Source: a virus. From it: a stretch of 53,620 nucleotides of DNA. Of the stretch, positions 9,750-18,370 are shown in pieces; position 1 is the first letter of the stretch; every line of letters begins with the position of its first letter. Location of the stretch: IMG/VR virus record IMGVR_UViG_3300037851_000502, positions 1-53,620 of that record. The stretch is one strand, 5' to 3'. A model generated the notes under the pieces. It saw only the letters and a program-made list of their open reading frames with translations. It did no database searches and had not been told where the DNA came from. Made by a program: the position numbers and the translations under genes.

Positions 9750-10061
9750 TTAAAAATGAAAAATATTCATCGTCAACGGGATGTAGTTCATCTCCTGTTT
9801 ATCCCATTTCAAAAGTTTCAATTCGCCATTGGTCTGTTTTGCCGCGATTGCACACGCAAGACCGATGGCTATCGGGTCCCCGATTAAAAGCAAATAATCA
9901 TCTTTCGTATATTTCGACAATTGCCGATTGAGTTCGAATGACGCGGGGCCGATGGAAAATGTAACTTGGCCCGGAGGAAGAAGCACATGGATTTCCCCGT
10001 ACTTCAATGCGGGGCTGATGTTCTTGTTCCCGACTTCCTGGGTGACATAAACTATAGGCAT
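9750..10061 (-). CDS. Hypothetical protein (103 aa)
   Basis: ORF, operon context. Confidence 0.55.
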   Translation of the reverse strand: MPIVYVTQEVGNKNISPALKYGEIHVLLPPGQVTFSIGPASFELNRQLSKYTKDDYLLLIGDPIAIGLACAIAAKQTNGELKLLKWDKQEMNYIPLTMNIFHF

Positions 10062-10429
10062 AGGGCCTCGATTACCTGGGTTAAATTGACCTTCATAGGG
10101 ATGTCGATAGACTGCATGTGAAAGTATATCTGCATTTTAGTGGCTATCCTCGGTTGCCAGATTTCAATCTTCTTTCTCGTCCTTATGAATATAAATAAAT
10201 TCCTCGCCCCATGCAGTAATCTTTTATAGAACCATACTTTTTGCGACGGCTCTAAAAGATTCTGAGGTAATTGCCGCCCTGGTAAATCGACCTTTAACTC
10301 TATCCAGATTTCAAACCCGGAGACACAGCCATTCACATCCGGCGTTCCGACGTCGACCAGATTTTCAATCCGCTGCCAATGCCCTTGGAGCTTTGGTCGA
10401 AGATAGTCCCAGAATAGTTTTTCAGTCAT
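10052..10429 (-). CDS. VRR-NUC / PD-(D/E)xK-fold nuclease
   Basis: VDVGTPDVNG ... FEIWIELK (PD...ExK arrangement). Confidence 0.7.
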   Translation of the reverse strand: MTEKLFWDYLRPKLQGHWQRIENLVDVGTPDVNGCVSGFEIWIELKVDLPGRQLPQNLLEPSQKVWFYKRLLHGARNLFIFIRTRKKIEIWQPRIATKMQIYFHMQSIDIPMKVNLTQVIEALCL

Positions 10430-10572
10430 AGTAAATAGTTACTCAGGGTATTAATTATCCGATACATATTTTCATTCACCCTTTGTTGATATCGCTCAAT
10501 ATTGCCTTGATGATTGACACTGAATTCTATTTTCGGGTTTATTGTTTCTTCTGTGATATTTTTAATAGCCAT
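10426..10572 (-). CDS. Small hypothetical protein (48 aa, below ORF-track cutoff)
   Basis: Manual translation: MAIKNITEETINPKIEFSVNHQGNIERYQQRVNENMYRIINTLSNYLL. It is coupled at both ends (TAATG with the polymerase stop, ATGA with the next start). Confidence 0.45.
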   Translation of the reverse strand: MAIKNITEETINPKIEFSVNHQGNIERYQQRVNENMYRIINTLSNYLL

Positions 10573-12410
10573 TATCTCTTCAATATTGACTTCTGCTCCC
10601 CCCACGATGGCCCGGTTGTCACATCGACTTTCATCGGCACCAATAATTTCATGCAGTCCCGCATTGCCTCATGCGCGATTTTCATTGTCCGCTCGTCCGC
10701 ATCCGCAAAATCGAGTTCGTCATGCACGGTGATATTCGGCACAAGCCCAGCGTCCCAGCACACAAGCATCGCCTTCTTCATCATATCGGCCGAGCTGCCT
10801 TGGTCAACGGAATTCCATGCTCGATATGTGAAATAACGAATTACATTAGGACCCCATTTTTTAATCGCATCCTCCTTTGATAAAGGCTGGATCCCTTTTC
10901 CACCTCTCGGAGGACCATATAGATTATATCTCCTTCTACGTCCGAGGATTGTCTTTACAAACCCCACTCGCTCAGCCTGTTTTGCAGCCCTATCTGTTAG
11001 CGGACGGATAAACGGCAGTCCTCGGTGATACTTTTCAATTATTTCTTTCGCGGTTGCCATATCCATACCGAGCTGCATTGCTAATTTGTCCTTACCCATT
11101 CCATAGGATAGGCCAAGATTAATAGACTTTGCAGGCCTCCTGCCTATGCCAGCCATATCTGCAACCATCTGATGAAAGTCCGTGTCCGGATTCTCATCAT
11201 AATTCCTTTTTGCTTCCTCGGCCCCGGGGAGACCCAATAATACGGCATAGTGGATAAGGACCCTGAACTCCTGCTGACTGTAATCGAGTTTGCACCATGT
11301 CTTCCCCGGTTCAGAAACAAAAAGAGACCGTATCTTTGGGCCAAGATTTTCCTCTCGTGATGGGACTTGTTGCAAGTTCGGATTCGCAGAGGAAAACCTG
11401 CCGCTTCGAGTGCCGTAATCATCCCTGCGAGTGGCGAAAAATTGAGGGTATACTCTTCCGTTTACTGCTGAATCTATGATTTTTGACTGTATGAACACAG
11501 ACCCGGCTCGGTCAAGCTGCCTGGCTTCGAGCACTTTCTTAAAAAAAGGATTGTCCTGGTCTTCAAGCCACTCATTACAAAAAGAGGGGTTATCTTTGTC
11601 CGTCATTAAAAAGTCTATACCAACGGAACGGCAGTAATCCCCGATTGAATTATTTGACCATATATCAATATCAGGCCTTGACAGCTTGCGTATTTCTGCT
11701 AATACAAGTTTATTCCTTGTATCAAGGTCTTTTCTCAATATGTCCGCTTTTTCAATGTCAACCGGAACCCCTTTGAACCGCATTGCCAGCATGAGGTCGA
11801 GTAGTTTTGTCTCTATCAAAAACAAATCCCACAACTCCTCATTGATGAGTTTTGCCCGCTGCTTCTCAAATATTCTCAAAGGCAGAACAGCATCTGTCTT
11901 TCCGTACTTTGATACTTCGAACCCCGGCAACATCCACAACTTATTTTTTATTTCTTCCGGACTTATACCATATTTTAGACCTGCACCAATCATCCCGCGC
12001 TCATCTTTACCCTCCCCGAGATATTCCTGTGCAAGCGCTTCGAGTTTATATGTCGACTTGTTTTCGTCCAATAGCGGTTCGGCAGTCTGCACATCATATT
12101 TCAACCCTCCGACTTCAACCCCGGATACCTTCAGCCATTCCAAATCGTATAGGATATTCGCACCCAGTTTCGGCTGGTTGCCTTTCAGCTCGTCCTTTGC
12201 CCATGCAATAACCTGCTCCGGGTTTTCCACGTTACCCGATTCATGCTTCAACGGGAAATATTCCGCGAATCCGTCCGGCGTCGCTACGGACAGCCCTATG
12301 AGATATCCCTCACCCCGTATGCCGCCGGGCCCGCGGTCGAGGAGACCCGGGTCATTCGTCTCCACGTCAATAGAAATTATCTGCGCGTCTTTGAGGGAGG
12401 GTAGATTCAC
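10572..12410 (-). CDS. Family A DNA polymerase with 3'-5' exonuclease domain
   Basis: Exo I ISIDVETND, Exo II ILYDLEWL, RSGRFSSANPNLQQVP, motif A DYSQQEFRVL, motif B RRPAKSINLGLSYGMG, motif C VHDELDF. GTG start overlaps the upstream stop (GTGA). Confidence 0.95.
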   Translation of the reverse strand: MNLPSLKDAQIISIDVETNDPGLLDRGPGGIRGEGYLIGLSVATPDGFAEYFPLKHESGNVENPEQVIAWAKDELKGNQPKLGANILYDLEWLKVSGVEVGGLKYDVQTAEPLLDENKSTYKLEALAQEYLGEGKDERGMIGAGLKYGISPEEIKNKLWMLPGFEVSKYGKTDAVLPLRIFEKQRAKLINEELWDLFLIETKLLDLMLAMRFKGVPVDIEKADILRKDLDTRNKLVLAEIRKLSRPDIDIWSNNSIGDYCRSVGIDFLMTDKDNPSFCNEWLEDQDNPFFKKVLEARQLDRAGSVFIQSKIIDSAVNGRVYPQFFATRRDDYGTRSGRFSSANPNLQQVPSREENLGPKIRSLFVSEPGKTWCKLDYSQQEFRVLIHYAVLLGLPGAEEAKRNYDENPDTDFHQMVADMAGIGRRPAKSINLGLSYGMGKDKLAMQLGMDMATAKEIIEKYHRGLPFIRPLTDRAAKQAERVGFVKTILGRRRRYNLYGPPRGGKGIQPLSKEDAIKKWGPNVIRYFTYRAWNSVDQGSSADMMKKAMLVCWDAGLVPNITVHDELDFADADERTMKIAHEAMRDCMKLLVPMKVDVTTGPSWGEQKSILKR

Positions 12411-12670
12411 CTATACCGCCTTTTCGTTTCTTCTTTCTCAATGTTCTCCAGTAATCTATATGCGGTAACCATTGTATGTAATGCCTCTTCGATTATCTCC
12501 TCACGATACCTGCCCTCATACACATATTGCACACATGCCCGGTTCAGCTCTCCGCACTCCTCCGACACTATGCCAGCAGCATGGATAATGTCATTCGGCC
12601 ATTGCGGGAACTTTATCTTTGCTTTTTGTAAAGCGACAGTAAACATTTCTTCAATGAGTTCTTTGGTCAT
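12407..12670 (-). CDS. MazG-like nucleotide pyrophosphohydrolase (small, single domain)
   Basis: AAGIVSEECGELNRA ... EEIIEEALH acidic helix pattern typical of MazG-like proteins. Confidence 0.55.
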   Translation of the reverse strand: MTKELIEEMFTVALQKAKIKFPQWPNDIIHAAGIVSEECGELNRACVQYVYEGRYREEIIEEALHTMVTAYRLLENIEKEETKRRYR

Positions 12671-13356
12671 GGTTTTAGCCTCGCCAGATTGTGTTTTTCT
12701 CGCAGCTCGATCCCGTAGGTTTTTAACTTGTTAACCAAAGCTATTATCTTTTCAACGGTTGGCTCTGGCAGGTGGTTGTTCTTGCTGTCAGCTCCAAGAT
12801 TAAGAAATTTAGGGTTTATCTTCGCAATCCATCCAGCGAGAATGTCAACGTCAAAATCCATGACAGGCTCAATCGTAACGAATTTGTCAAGGCGCTTTAT
12901 GTTTTTTTCACTCATTGCCAACATTCGTTCATGAGGCTGCGGAGCAACCGATATTGATTTCGGTATATCGCGGTTAGTTTCTATCGTTGTCCCAAATATC
13001 AGCTTTGAATCAGGGAAGTTGAAATACTGAAAGCGGCCCGGATTCTTTGACTGAAACACGTATGTATTATCTGGCCATTTCTGGCAGTGAACCAGAACCA
13101 TTTGAACCATTTCTGCCGGAACATTTGCTGCAAACAAATCATTCATGTGTTCCTTGAAAATCACGTTTCCAGATCCCAGCCGCGTTTTTGTTTCGGCCTC
13201 GATAAGCCTAACCTCTCCACAATACCGAGGAGCCCTGCCCCATCGCTTGTTATTGACATAACAATATGAGCACTTGTGCTCACATTCACCGCCAAGCTCT
13301 GCATGGGTATGAGTTACCCACGGATACATTTGACCTGTTGATTTATTTAATGGCAT
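12667..13356 (-). CDS. Radical-SAM-like / phage Gp37-Gp68-like protein
   Basis: CEHKCSYCY (Cx3Cx2C) near the N-terminus, then IFKEHMNDLFAANVP ... VFQSKNPGRF, resembling the Gp37/Gp68 family pattern. Confidence 0.55.
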   Translation of the reverse strand: MPLNKSTGQMYPWVTHTHAELGGECEHKCSYCYVNNKRWGRAPRYCGEVRLIEAETKTRLGSGNVIFKEHMNDLFAANVPAEMVQMVLVHCQKWPDNTYVFQSKNPGRFQYFNFPDSKLIFGTTIETNRDIPKSISVAPQPHERMLAMSEKNIKRLDKFVTIEPVMDFDVDILAGWIAKINPKFLNLGADSKNNHLPEPTVEKIIALVNKLKTYGIELREKHNLARLKP

Positions 13357-13525
13357 CTGTCCTCCCCTTGTTTACCCACCACCCCCGACGCCCCACGTTA
13401 GGCGCGTCCGCCCTCACCAGCGTACCACCGCACCCGCATGGAGCCGGAAAACTGTGCAGTTTGCGCGTAGTATGCCGGGCACACCTGTCACAACGGACTC
13501 CGGGGTAGATGGCGGATTTTGTCAT
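13343..13525 (-). CDS. Small Cys-rich (zinc-ribbon-like) protein
   Basis: CDRC ... CGCGG motifs; ORF only. Confidence 0.4.
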   Translation of the reverse strand: MTKSAIYPGVRCDRCARHTTRKLHSFPAPCGCGGTLVRADAPNVGRRGWWVNKGRTDAIK

Positions 13526-13896
13526 ACTATTTTTTGCTTTCTTGTAACGTAACAGTCTTCAACTGTTTCTCCGTAGTATAATCGCCTCTCTACATCTTTT
13601 TTTGCCATTTCTTCTGCCTCTCCTTGGCTTTTAGCTCGAACCATCACCGTCTTGATTATCGTAACATCAACATCATACTCGTAATCGGCTCCATCCGGGT
13701 CATCATTCTCGTAAATCGCAACTATTTCATTGGCCTTGGCCTCAAGTTCATGCAAAGCCTTGCACTGTTCGTCATCTCCAACGACCAGCGGTCTGGTTCT
13801 AAGCACTTCCGGAACTGGCAGGGCTGAAATCTTGGCCCTTGCCGTTGTATTTTCGACTCCAATAGGAACAAACATTCTCGACATTAAATTAGTCAT
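13522..13896 (-). CDS. Hypothetical acidic protein
   Basis: ORF. I prefer the ATG at 13896 because the track start at 13941 would overlap the small membrane ORF. Confidence 0.5.
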   Translation of the reverse strand: MTNLMSRMFVPIGVENTTARAKISALPVPEVLRTRPLVVGDDEQCKALHELEAKANEIVAIYENDDPDGADYEYDVDVTIIKTVMVRAKSQGEAEEMAKKDVERRLYYGETVEDCYVTRKQKIV

Positions 13897-13898
13897 TT

Positions 13899-14042
13899 TC
13901 ACCAAGTCACAGTATAGGTTAAAAGACCAGCCGCAAGCCAATACGCGATCCTTCTCCAGTCACCGGTCGGTATATACCCACAAGCGGCAAGAACGTCAAT
14001 AATAATCAACACGGTTGGCAATATCTTTTCTTTGGGAATCAC
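13899..14042 (-). CDS. Small membrane protein (47 aa, GTG start)
   Basis: Manual translation: (V)IPKEKILPTVLIIIDVLAACGYIPTGDWRRIAYWLAAGLLTYTVTW, with two hydrophobic segments. The GTG overlaps the upstream stop (GTGA). Confidence 0.35.
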   Translation of the reverse strand: MIPKEKILPTVLIIIDVLAACGYIPTGDWRRIAYWLAAGLLTYTVTW

Positions 14043-16327
14043 GCCGGCACCTCAGCAACGTCAAATAATGTCGGTTGATGTATCTCGTGTTCTGCGTATT
14101 GCAAGTTTTTTACTGCAATATTATAATACGATTCTTTCAGTTCAATCCCTATCGCTTTTCTGCCAAAATTTAAAGCCTGATAAGCCTCGCTTCCAATTCC
14201 GAGAAACGGGGTAAGAAGCAACTCACCCGGATTGCTGTACAGCTTTATACACCTCTCGATTGTTCCAAGCTGCAATGGACAAATGTGTTTTTCATCATTC
14301 ACATCCCGGCCCTCTGCATATCGAAGCGTATCGGATTCGTGTATCCCTGTCCAAATTCCACCAGCCCAATCAATCCATGTTTCATTATCCGCCTCTCCGT
14401 TTTCTACCGGACGAACAGGTACAGCACAATCGCCAGGCTTTTTGAAAAACAGCATCCTGTCAAGAATACACGGTCTTGATTGAGATGAATCTTTCCTGAA
14501 TTGTGTAAACAAAAGCCCTTTTGACTTTGTTCTGATTGCCTGCGATTGCGGGTTTTTACCAACCACAGCATAGCCGTGATAAATCCATCCAGCACTTATA
14601 TGCGCCTGAATAACTGCACCGGGAAAATCCTTCATTCCAATAAATCCATCCTTCATAGCCATAGCCGCAATATCAGACGTATGAACACACGATATGCGTC
14701 CAGCCTTTGTGACTCGCAACACTTCTCTAATAATAAAATTGTAATGCTTGAAAAACTCATCCCAATCTTTTGAATTACCCAAATCATAATCGCTTGCGGA
14801 ATATGTATATAAATCTGCAAAAGGTGGAGAATATACAGACACGTCAATTGATTCTGATTCTATTTTCGGTAATTGCTGGCACGAATCACCGAGTATTGCA
14901 GTCCAGTTTTTACCCTTATTCACAACGCCAATATCCTGCACGATTATTTTTTCTTCCATATTTTTTAACTCCATTTCTTCATAATTTTTAATATGCTTAA
15001 TCATCTCGGTTGACATTCTCATTGCCATTTCCTCTTTCCGCATTACGTTGTCATAGATTTCGCGCTCTGCAGTTGTAAGAATTATATGCACGTTCACCGG
15101 CTTCTTTTGGCCGTATCTCCATTCCCTGCGTATGCACTGGTAAAATGCCTCCCACGAATCGGATAACCCAAAAAACGCCATATTGTGAGCATTCTGAAAA
15201 TTAAGCCCAAATCCGGCGATCTTTGGCTTTGTGATAATTATACGTGCTTTTCCATCTTGGAAATCCTCTATCGCCTGAGCTTTTACCTCAGCATCATCAC
15301 TGCCGGATATTTCAACACAATCAGAAATTTCTTTTTTTAACAGGTCGGACTCTTGATTCAGCCCACACCATATAACCCACTGCTCACCGTTGTTCACAAG
15401 ATCCTTCAAACAAGATAGTTTTCTATCAACAGTGTTTTTCCTAATATTTAACCTATCTCCAAGCCCCTTTAGACCACTGAAAAACAACCCACCGTCCGGC
15501 ACAATATCAACACCAATCCAATGTGTTTCTTTTACCAGTTCTGGCAGCTTAAAATCATGGCTGTCATATCCAAGGTCTGATGGAGACTTAACAGCCATAG
15601 CCCATGAAGCAATCCACTTGTAAAAAGATTCTCGCGCATAATTTCTCAACCGCCACTCCTGCCCCTTGGTTGCGGATTCTTTTTGCTTTAAAACCGAATA
15701 CCCGCCAGACTCTTTTTCTACAATGGTTTCTATCTGTTTGTTTGCATGAATAAAAAACGTAGCAAGCATTTCGTTGTTTTTCATCACACCAAGGAACTCC
15801 GCATGATTTCCTATTTCGGCATCATCATTCGGTGCCGGTGTGGCTGTACAGCAAAGGCGGTACGGCGTTTCTGAGAACATTTGAGTTATCAACCGTCTTG
15901 TAGCACCGTCGATAGATTTCAGAATTGATGATTCATCAAGCACGACAGAATTAAACAGCTTCGGGTCAAACCGTTCTATTATTTCATAGTTTGTAATATT
16001 TATTCCGTCAATCAAATCACTATTCGACCGCGTGTAGTGTACATCTGTTCCGGTTATTTTTTTAGCCAATCTAACCGTCTGACGAGCAACTGAAAGCGGG
16101 GCAACAATCAAAGACCGTCCACCTATCAGCCGTGCCCATTCTGTTTGGCAATGGGTCTTTCCAAGTCCGGTATCAAGGAACAAAGCACACCGGCCCTTTT
16201 TAACAGCCCACTTGGTAATATCCCGCTGAAAGTCAAACAACTTATCCGATATCCCGACAGCGTCGAATCCATATGACTTGTTTCTAATACGCTTGGAAAA
16301 AACAAAGTTCTGATACTCGTCCATCAT
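14039..16327 (-). CDS. SNF2-like helicase fused to a beta-class amino (N6-A/N4-C) DNA methyltransferase
   Basis: Helicase motifs: FLDTGLGKTHCQ, VVLDESSILKS, REWRYGQKKPVNV. MTase motifs: motif IV VYSPPFADLY precedes motif I FLGIGSEAYQA. I prefer the ATG pair at 16327, preceded by AAAGGGAAT; the track extends to 16543. Confidence 0.85.
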   Translation of the reverse strand: MMDEYQNFVFSKRIRNKSYGFDAVGISDKLFDFQRDITKWAVKKGRCALFLDTGLGKTHCQTEWARLIGGRSLIVAPLSVARQTVRLAKKITGTDVHYTRSNSDLIDGINITNYEIIERFDPKLFNSVVLDESSILKSIDGATRRLITQMFSETPYRLCCTATPAPNDDAEIGNHAEFLGVMKNNEMLATFFIHANKQIETIVEKESGGYSVLKQKESATKGQEWRLRNYARESFYKWIASWAMAVKSPSDLGYDSHDFKLPELVKETHWIGVDIVPDGGLFFSGLKGLGDRLNIRKNTVDRKLSCLKDLVNNGEQWVIWCGLNQESDLLKKEISDCVEISGSDDAEVKAQAIEDFQDGKARIIITKPKIAGFGLNFQNAHNMAFFGLSDSWEAFYQCIRREWRYGQKKPVNVHIILTTAEREIYDNVMRKEEMAMRMSTEMIKHIKNYEEMELKNMEEKIIVQDIGVVNKGKNWTAILGDSCQQLPKIESESIDVSVYSPPFADLYTYSASDYDLGNSKDWDEFFKHYNFIIREVLRVTKAGRISCVHTSDIAAMAMKDGFIGMKDFPGAVIQAHISAGWIYHGYAVVGKNPQSQAIRTKSKGLLFTQFRKDSSQSRPCILDRMLFFKKPGDCAVPVRPVENGEADNETWIDWAGGIWTGIHESDTLRYAEGRDVNDEKHICPLQLGTIERCIKLYSNPGELLLTPFLGIGSEAYQALNFGRKAIGIELKESYYNIAVKNLQYAEHEIHQPTLFDVAEVPA

Positions 16328-16391
16328 ATTCCCTTTCTTTGCCCATGCAGCCGGGCGTAATGACAGGTGCGGGTGGTGCAGTGGTAGGAGT

Positions 16392-16685
16392 TCAATTATT
16401 CCGCAACCATCGTTCCCGGTATGCGCCGGTACTGTTTTTTTCATCGTTGAACCAGAACAACAGTTCATTCTCCAACCAGGTGAAACAATCCAAAAGCGTC
16501 GGCTTGCCGTCAAGCGGAAACACCGGGCTTTTACGGTTGTCAACCACCTCGGCTATCACCCGTATCTTCCTGTGCTCAACGGCTTTCACCTCGTTCAACC
16601 GCTGTCTCTCACCAATAATCGAACTCCGAAAAAGTATCCTGTCGTGCTCGGTCTCTTTTGTGTGGTCACGAATTTGAATAGGCAT
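16392..16685 (-). CDS. Hypothetical protein (97 aa)
   Basis: ORF, operon context. Confidence 0.5.
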   Translation of the reverse strand: MPIQIRDHTKETEHDRILFRSSIIGERQRLNEVKAVEHRKIRVIAEVVDNRKSPVFPLDGKPTLLDCFTWLENELLFWFNDEKNSTGAYRERWLRNN

Positions 16686-16697
16686 GGTATATGTCCT

Positions 16698-16886
16698 TTA
16701 GTTCAAGTTCCTTTTCCCTGGAATCATTTTCAAAGCTTTCCACATCAACCCCGTCGACTCCGCCCAGAACACTATCCTAAATCCACAAGACAGTGTCCCC
16801 CGGCCTTTGTCCTGTATCGGACAGTCCGGCCGGACCTTGCACTTCCGACACTCATCCGGGATTTTTATGTCGACGACTTTTTTCAT
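16698..16886 (-). CDS. Small Cys-rich protein
   Basis: CRKCKVRPDC...C pattern; ORF only. Confidence 0.4.
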   Translation of the reverse strand: MKKVVDIKIPDECRKCKVRPDCPIQDKGRGTLSCGFRIVFWAESTGLMWKALKMIPGKRNLN

Positions 16887-16985
16887 AGTTCATATACCTC
16901 GATACTTGATTCAAACGTGCAAACCATTATCCACCGGGAATTCACGAACAGGATTTCAAACCGCTGGAGGTTCGGCGACCACGGG

Positions 16986-17258
16986 TTAGACATTCTGATT
17001 CTCCTTGTTTTTCTGTTCTTCGTCGTAGGTCTTTCGCCATTCAGCGGCAGCGCGTTCTCCGATTTCTTCCTCCAGCTTCGTGGCATATTCGAATAAGCCA
17101 ATAGTATCGAGCTCGGAAAGCAGGACGTAATCCTTCAGGTCCCGAGCCCGCTCGGCAATCCTGGCAAGGCAATCATGCAGGATGATAAACTCACGGGACA
17201 TCTCGGTCTCATGTGCAGCTTTCAGAAGTACGGCCGGGGTGTTGATTTTTTGTTTCAT
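16986..17258 (-). CDS. Hypothetical protein (90 aa)
   Basis: ORF; first gene after the 17259-17477 structured spacer. Confidence 0.5.
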   Translation of the reverse strand: MKQKINTPAVLLKAAHETEMSREFIILHDCLARIAERARDLKDYVLLSELDTIGLFEYATKLEEEIGERAAAEWRKTYDEEQKNKENQNV

Positions 17259-17350
17259 GATGGTTTAGCTCCGATGGAATTAGCCGCCAATATGGTAACT
17301 ATTTTAGGAATACAGCCCTTTCGTATTTTGTCATAATTTCTTCTTTCTCT

Positions 17351-17374
17351 TAAAATAAACCCCGGGGGAGGGGT
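17351..17374 (-). terminator. Possible intrinsic terminator
   Basis: Minus-strand RNA ACCCC-UCCCCC-GGGGU followed by UUAUUUU. The stem is short, so this is weak. Confidence 0.3.
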
Positions 17375-17415
17375 CGGTTACGCTCTTATCTGGGCTGACC
17401 TCTATGGCCTACCAG

Positions 17416-17477
17416 CCTGCCCCGGGTCCCGCCGCGCCGGGGTTGCAGTCCCCCGTGAGCGGCAGCTACGCGGCAGG
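17416..17477 (-). other. GC-rich nested hairpin element immediately after a stop codon
   Basis: Minus-strand pairings: CCUGCC/GGCAGG, CUGCCGC/GCGGCGG (one G-U), GGGG/CCCC. It starts with the same TAACC(U)GCCGCGUAG string that precedes the hammerhead. Confidence 0.35.
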
Positions 17478-17849
17478 TTAGTCGTTTTCATCATCAAACG
17501 ATTCCCATTTCCCGAGGACAGCGATCAGTCCATCGGTAACAGTTGTTGGATCATCGCATTCGATGTATCTCAGATCTGTAGCCGGTTTCATTCTGCCGTA
17601 ACCTGAATTATAATGATATGGCTCCTGAACGGCATAAAATTTGCCGTTCAATTCATAAATCGAATGATCAATTTTTGTTTCAACCTCATCCAACTGCTCT
17701 TTATAGTCCTGAGAGGTTCCCTCGCCAAATGCGGAGACCATGGCCTCACAGGCAGCATTCTCGTCACTAATTATGTAGGTCTCCCCCCAGTTATACGGCG
17801 TAATCCTCAGACCCGTTGCGATTTCGTTTTTCAATTCTGAGCGTTTCAT
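17478..17849 (-). CDS. Hypothetical acidic protein (123 aa)
   Basis: ORF with a GGAGA SD inside a conserved leader. Confidence 0.6.
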   Translation of the reverse strand: MKRSELKNEIATGLRITPYNWGETYIISDENAACEAMVSAFGEGTSQDYKEQLDEVETKIDHSIYELNGKFYAVQEPYHYNSGYGRMKPATDLRYIECDDPTTVTDGLIAVLGKWESFDDEND

Positions 17850-17855
17850 TTTTCA

Positions 17856-17873
17856 TCTCCTCTGCCGAGGTTT
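17856..17873 (-). promoter_or_regulatory. Conserved 18-nt translation leader, copy 1 (AAACCUCGGCAGAGGAGA)
   Basis: Identical 18-mer at 18209-18226. CCUC-GGCA-GAGG can fold so that part of the SD is paired. Confidence 0.6.
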
Positions 17874-17878
17874 GGGGC

Positions 17879-17936
17879 ATCTGGCCTCATCAGTGCCGGA
17901 GATACCGGCAGACCGGGCAAGCGCCCGGTTTCGGCC
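17879..17936 (-). ncRNA. Hammerhead ribozyme, type II topology
   Basis: Minus-strand RNA: GGCC-GAAA-CCGGGC-GCUU-GCCCGG-UC/UGCCGG-UAUCU-CCGGCA-CUGAUGA-GGCC-AGAU. The full core is present (CUGAUGA, GAA, A15.1-U16.1, C17). Stem III is 7 bp, stem I is 6 bp, and stem II is open (GGCC/GGCC). Loop I AUCU is complementary to the AGAU 3' of stem II. Confidence 0.85.
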
Positions 17937-17946
17937 TACGCGGCGG

Positions 17947-18201
17947 TTAAAATCTCTCGATTACCTCATCTATTGTCCAGGGGTTGTTACCATCTGATAC
18001 CAGGTGGTCGGATGCCACCATCTCCCGGATTAACGCCATGCCCCTGGGGTTTGTAATTTTTGTCTTGCCAAAATCCAGCGTGCCGCTGTTACCCGTCCAG
18101 TGTACGTATGGGGCGGTAATGATAATTTTTGAGCCGTAATCACGGATGGTGTAATACGTGTCATAGATTCCGGTTGTGCAATTAATCGTTGTCGTTTTCA
18201 T
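17947..18201 (-). CDS. Hypothetical protein (84 aa)
   Basis: ORF with the conserved leader and a GGAGA SD. Confidence 0.6.
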   Translation of the reverse strand: MKTTTINCTTGIYDTYYTIRDYGSKIIITAPYVHWTGNSGTLDFGKTKITNPRGMALIREMVASDHLVSDGNNPWTIDEVIERF

Positions 18202-18208
18202 TTTTGTC

Positions 18209-18226
18209 TCTCCTCTGCCGAGGTTT
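18209..18226 (-). promoter_or_regulatory. Conserved 18-nt translation leader, copy 2
   Basis: Identical to 17856-17873; preceded on the RNA by the hairpin CCCGG-CGAA-CCGGG. Confidence 0.6.
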
Positions 18227-18370
18227 CCCGGTTCGCCGGGCCGTCCGAAAGATTCTTCTTTCTAACAATCAATATACCTCAAAACAGGCCAAATGAATCA
18301 ATTTATTATCAAAGATGTTCAATAAGTGTATTCTATCTGTGAATACAAAAGGTGTATATAAAACAATGAC

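Noticed and set aside
16883-17101. 72-aa ORF overlapping 16986-17258. A possible 36-aa version from the ATG at 16993 would be ATGA-coupled to the next gene.
   Set aside because: It is too short and compositionally odd to support. Coupling alone is not sufficient evidence.
17259-17477. Possible tRNA or other RNA gene in the 219-bp spacer
   Set aside because: I found no cloverleaf, no T-loop (GTTCRANYC) and no hammerhead core. Only a GC-rich hairpin and a weak terminator could be supported.
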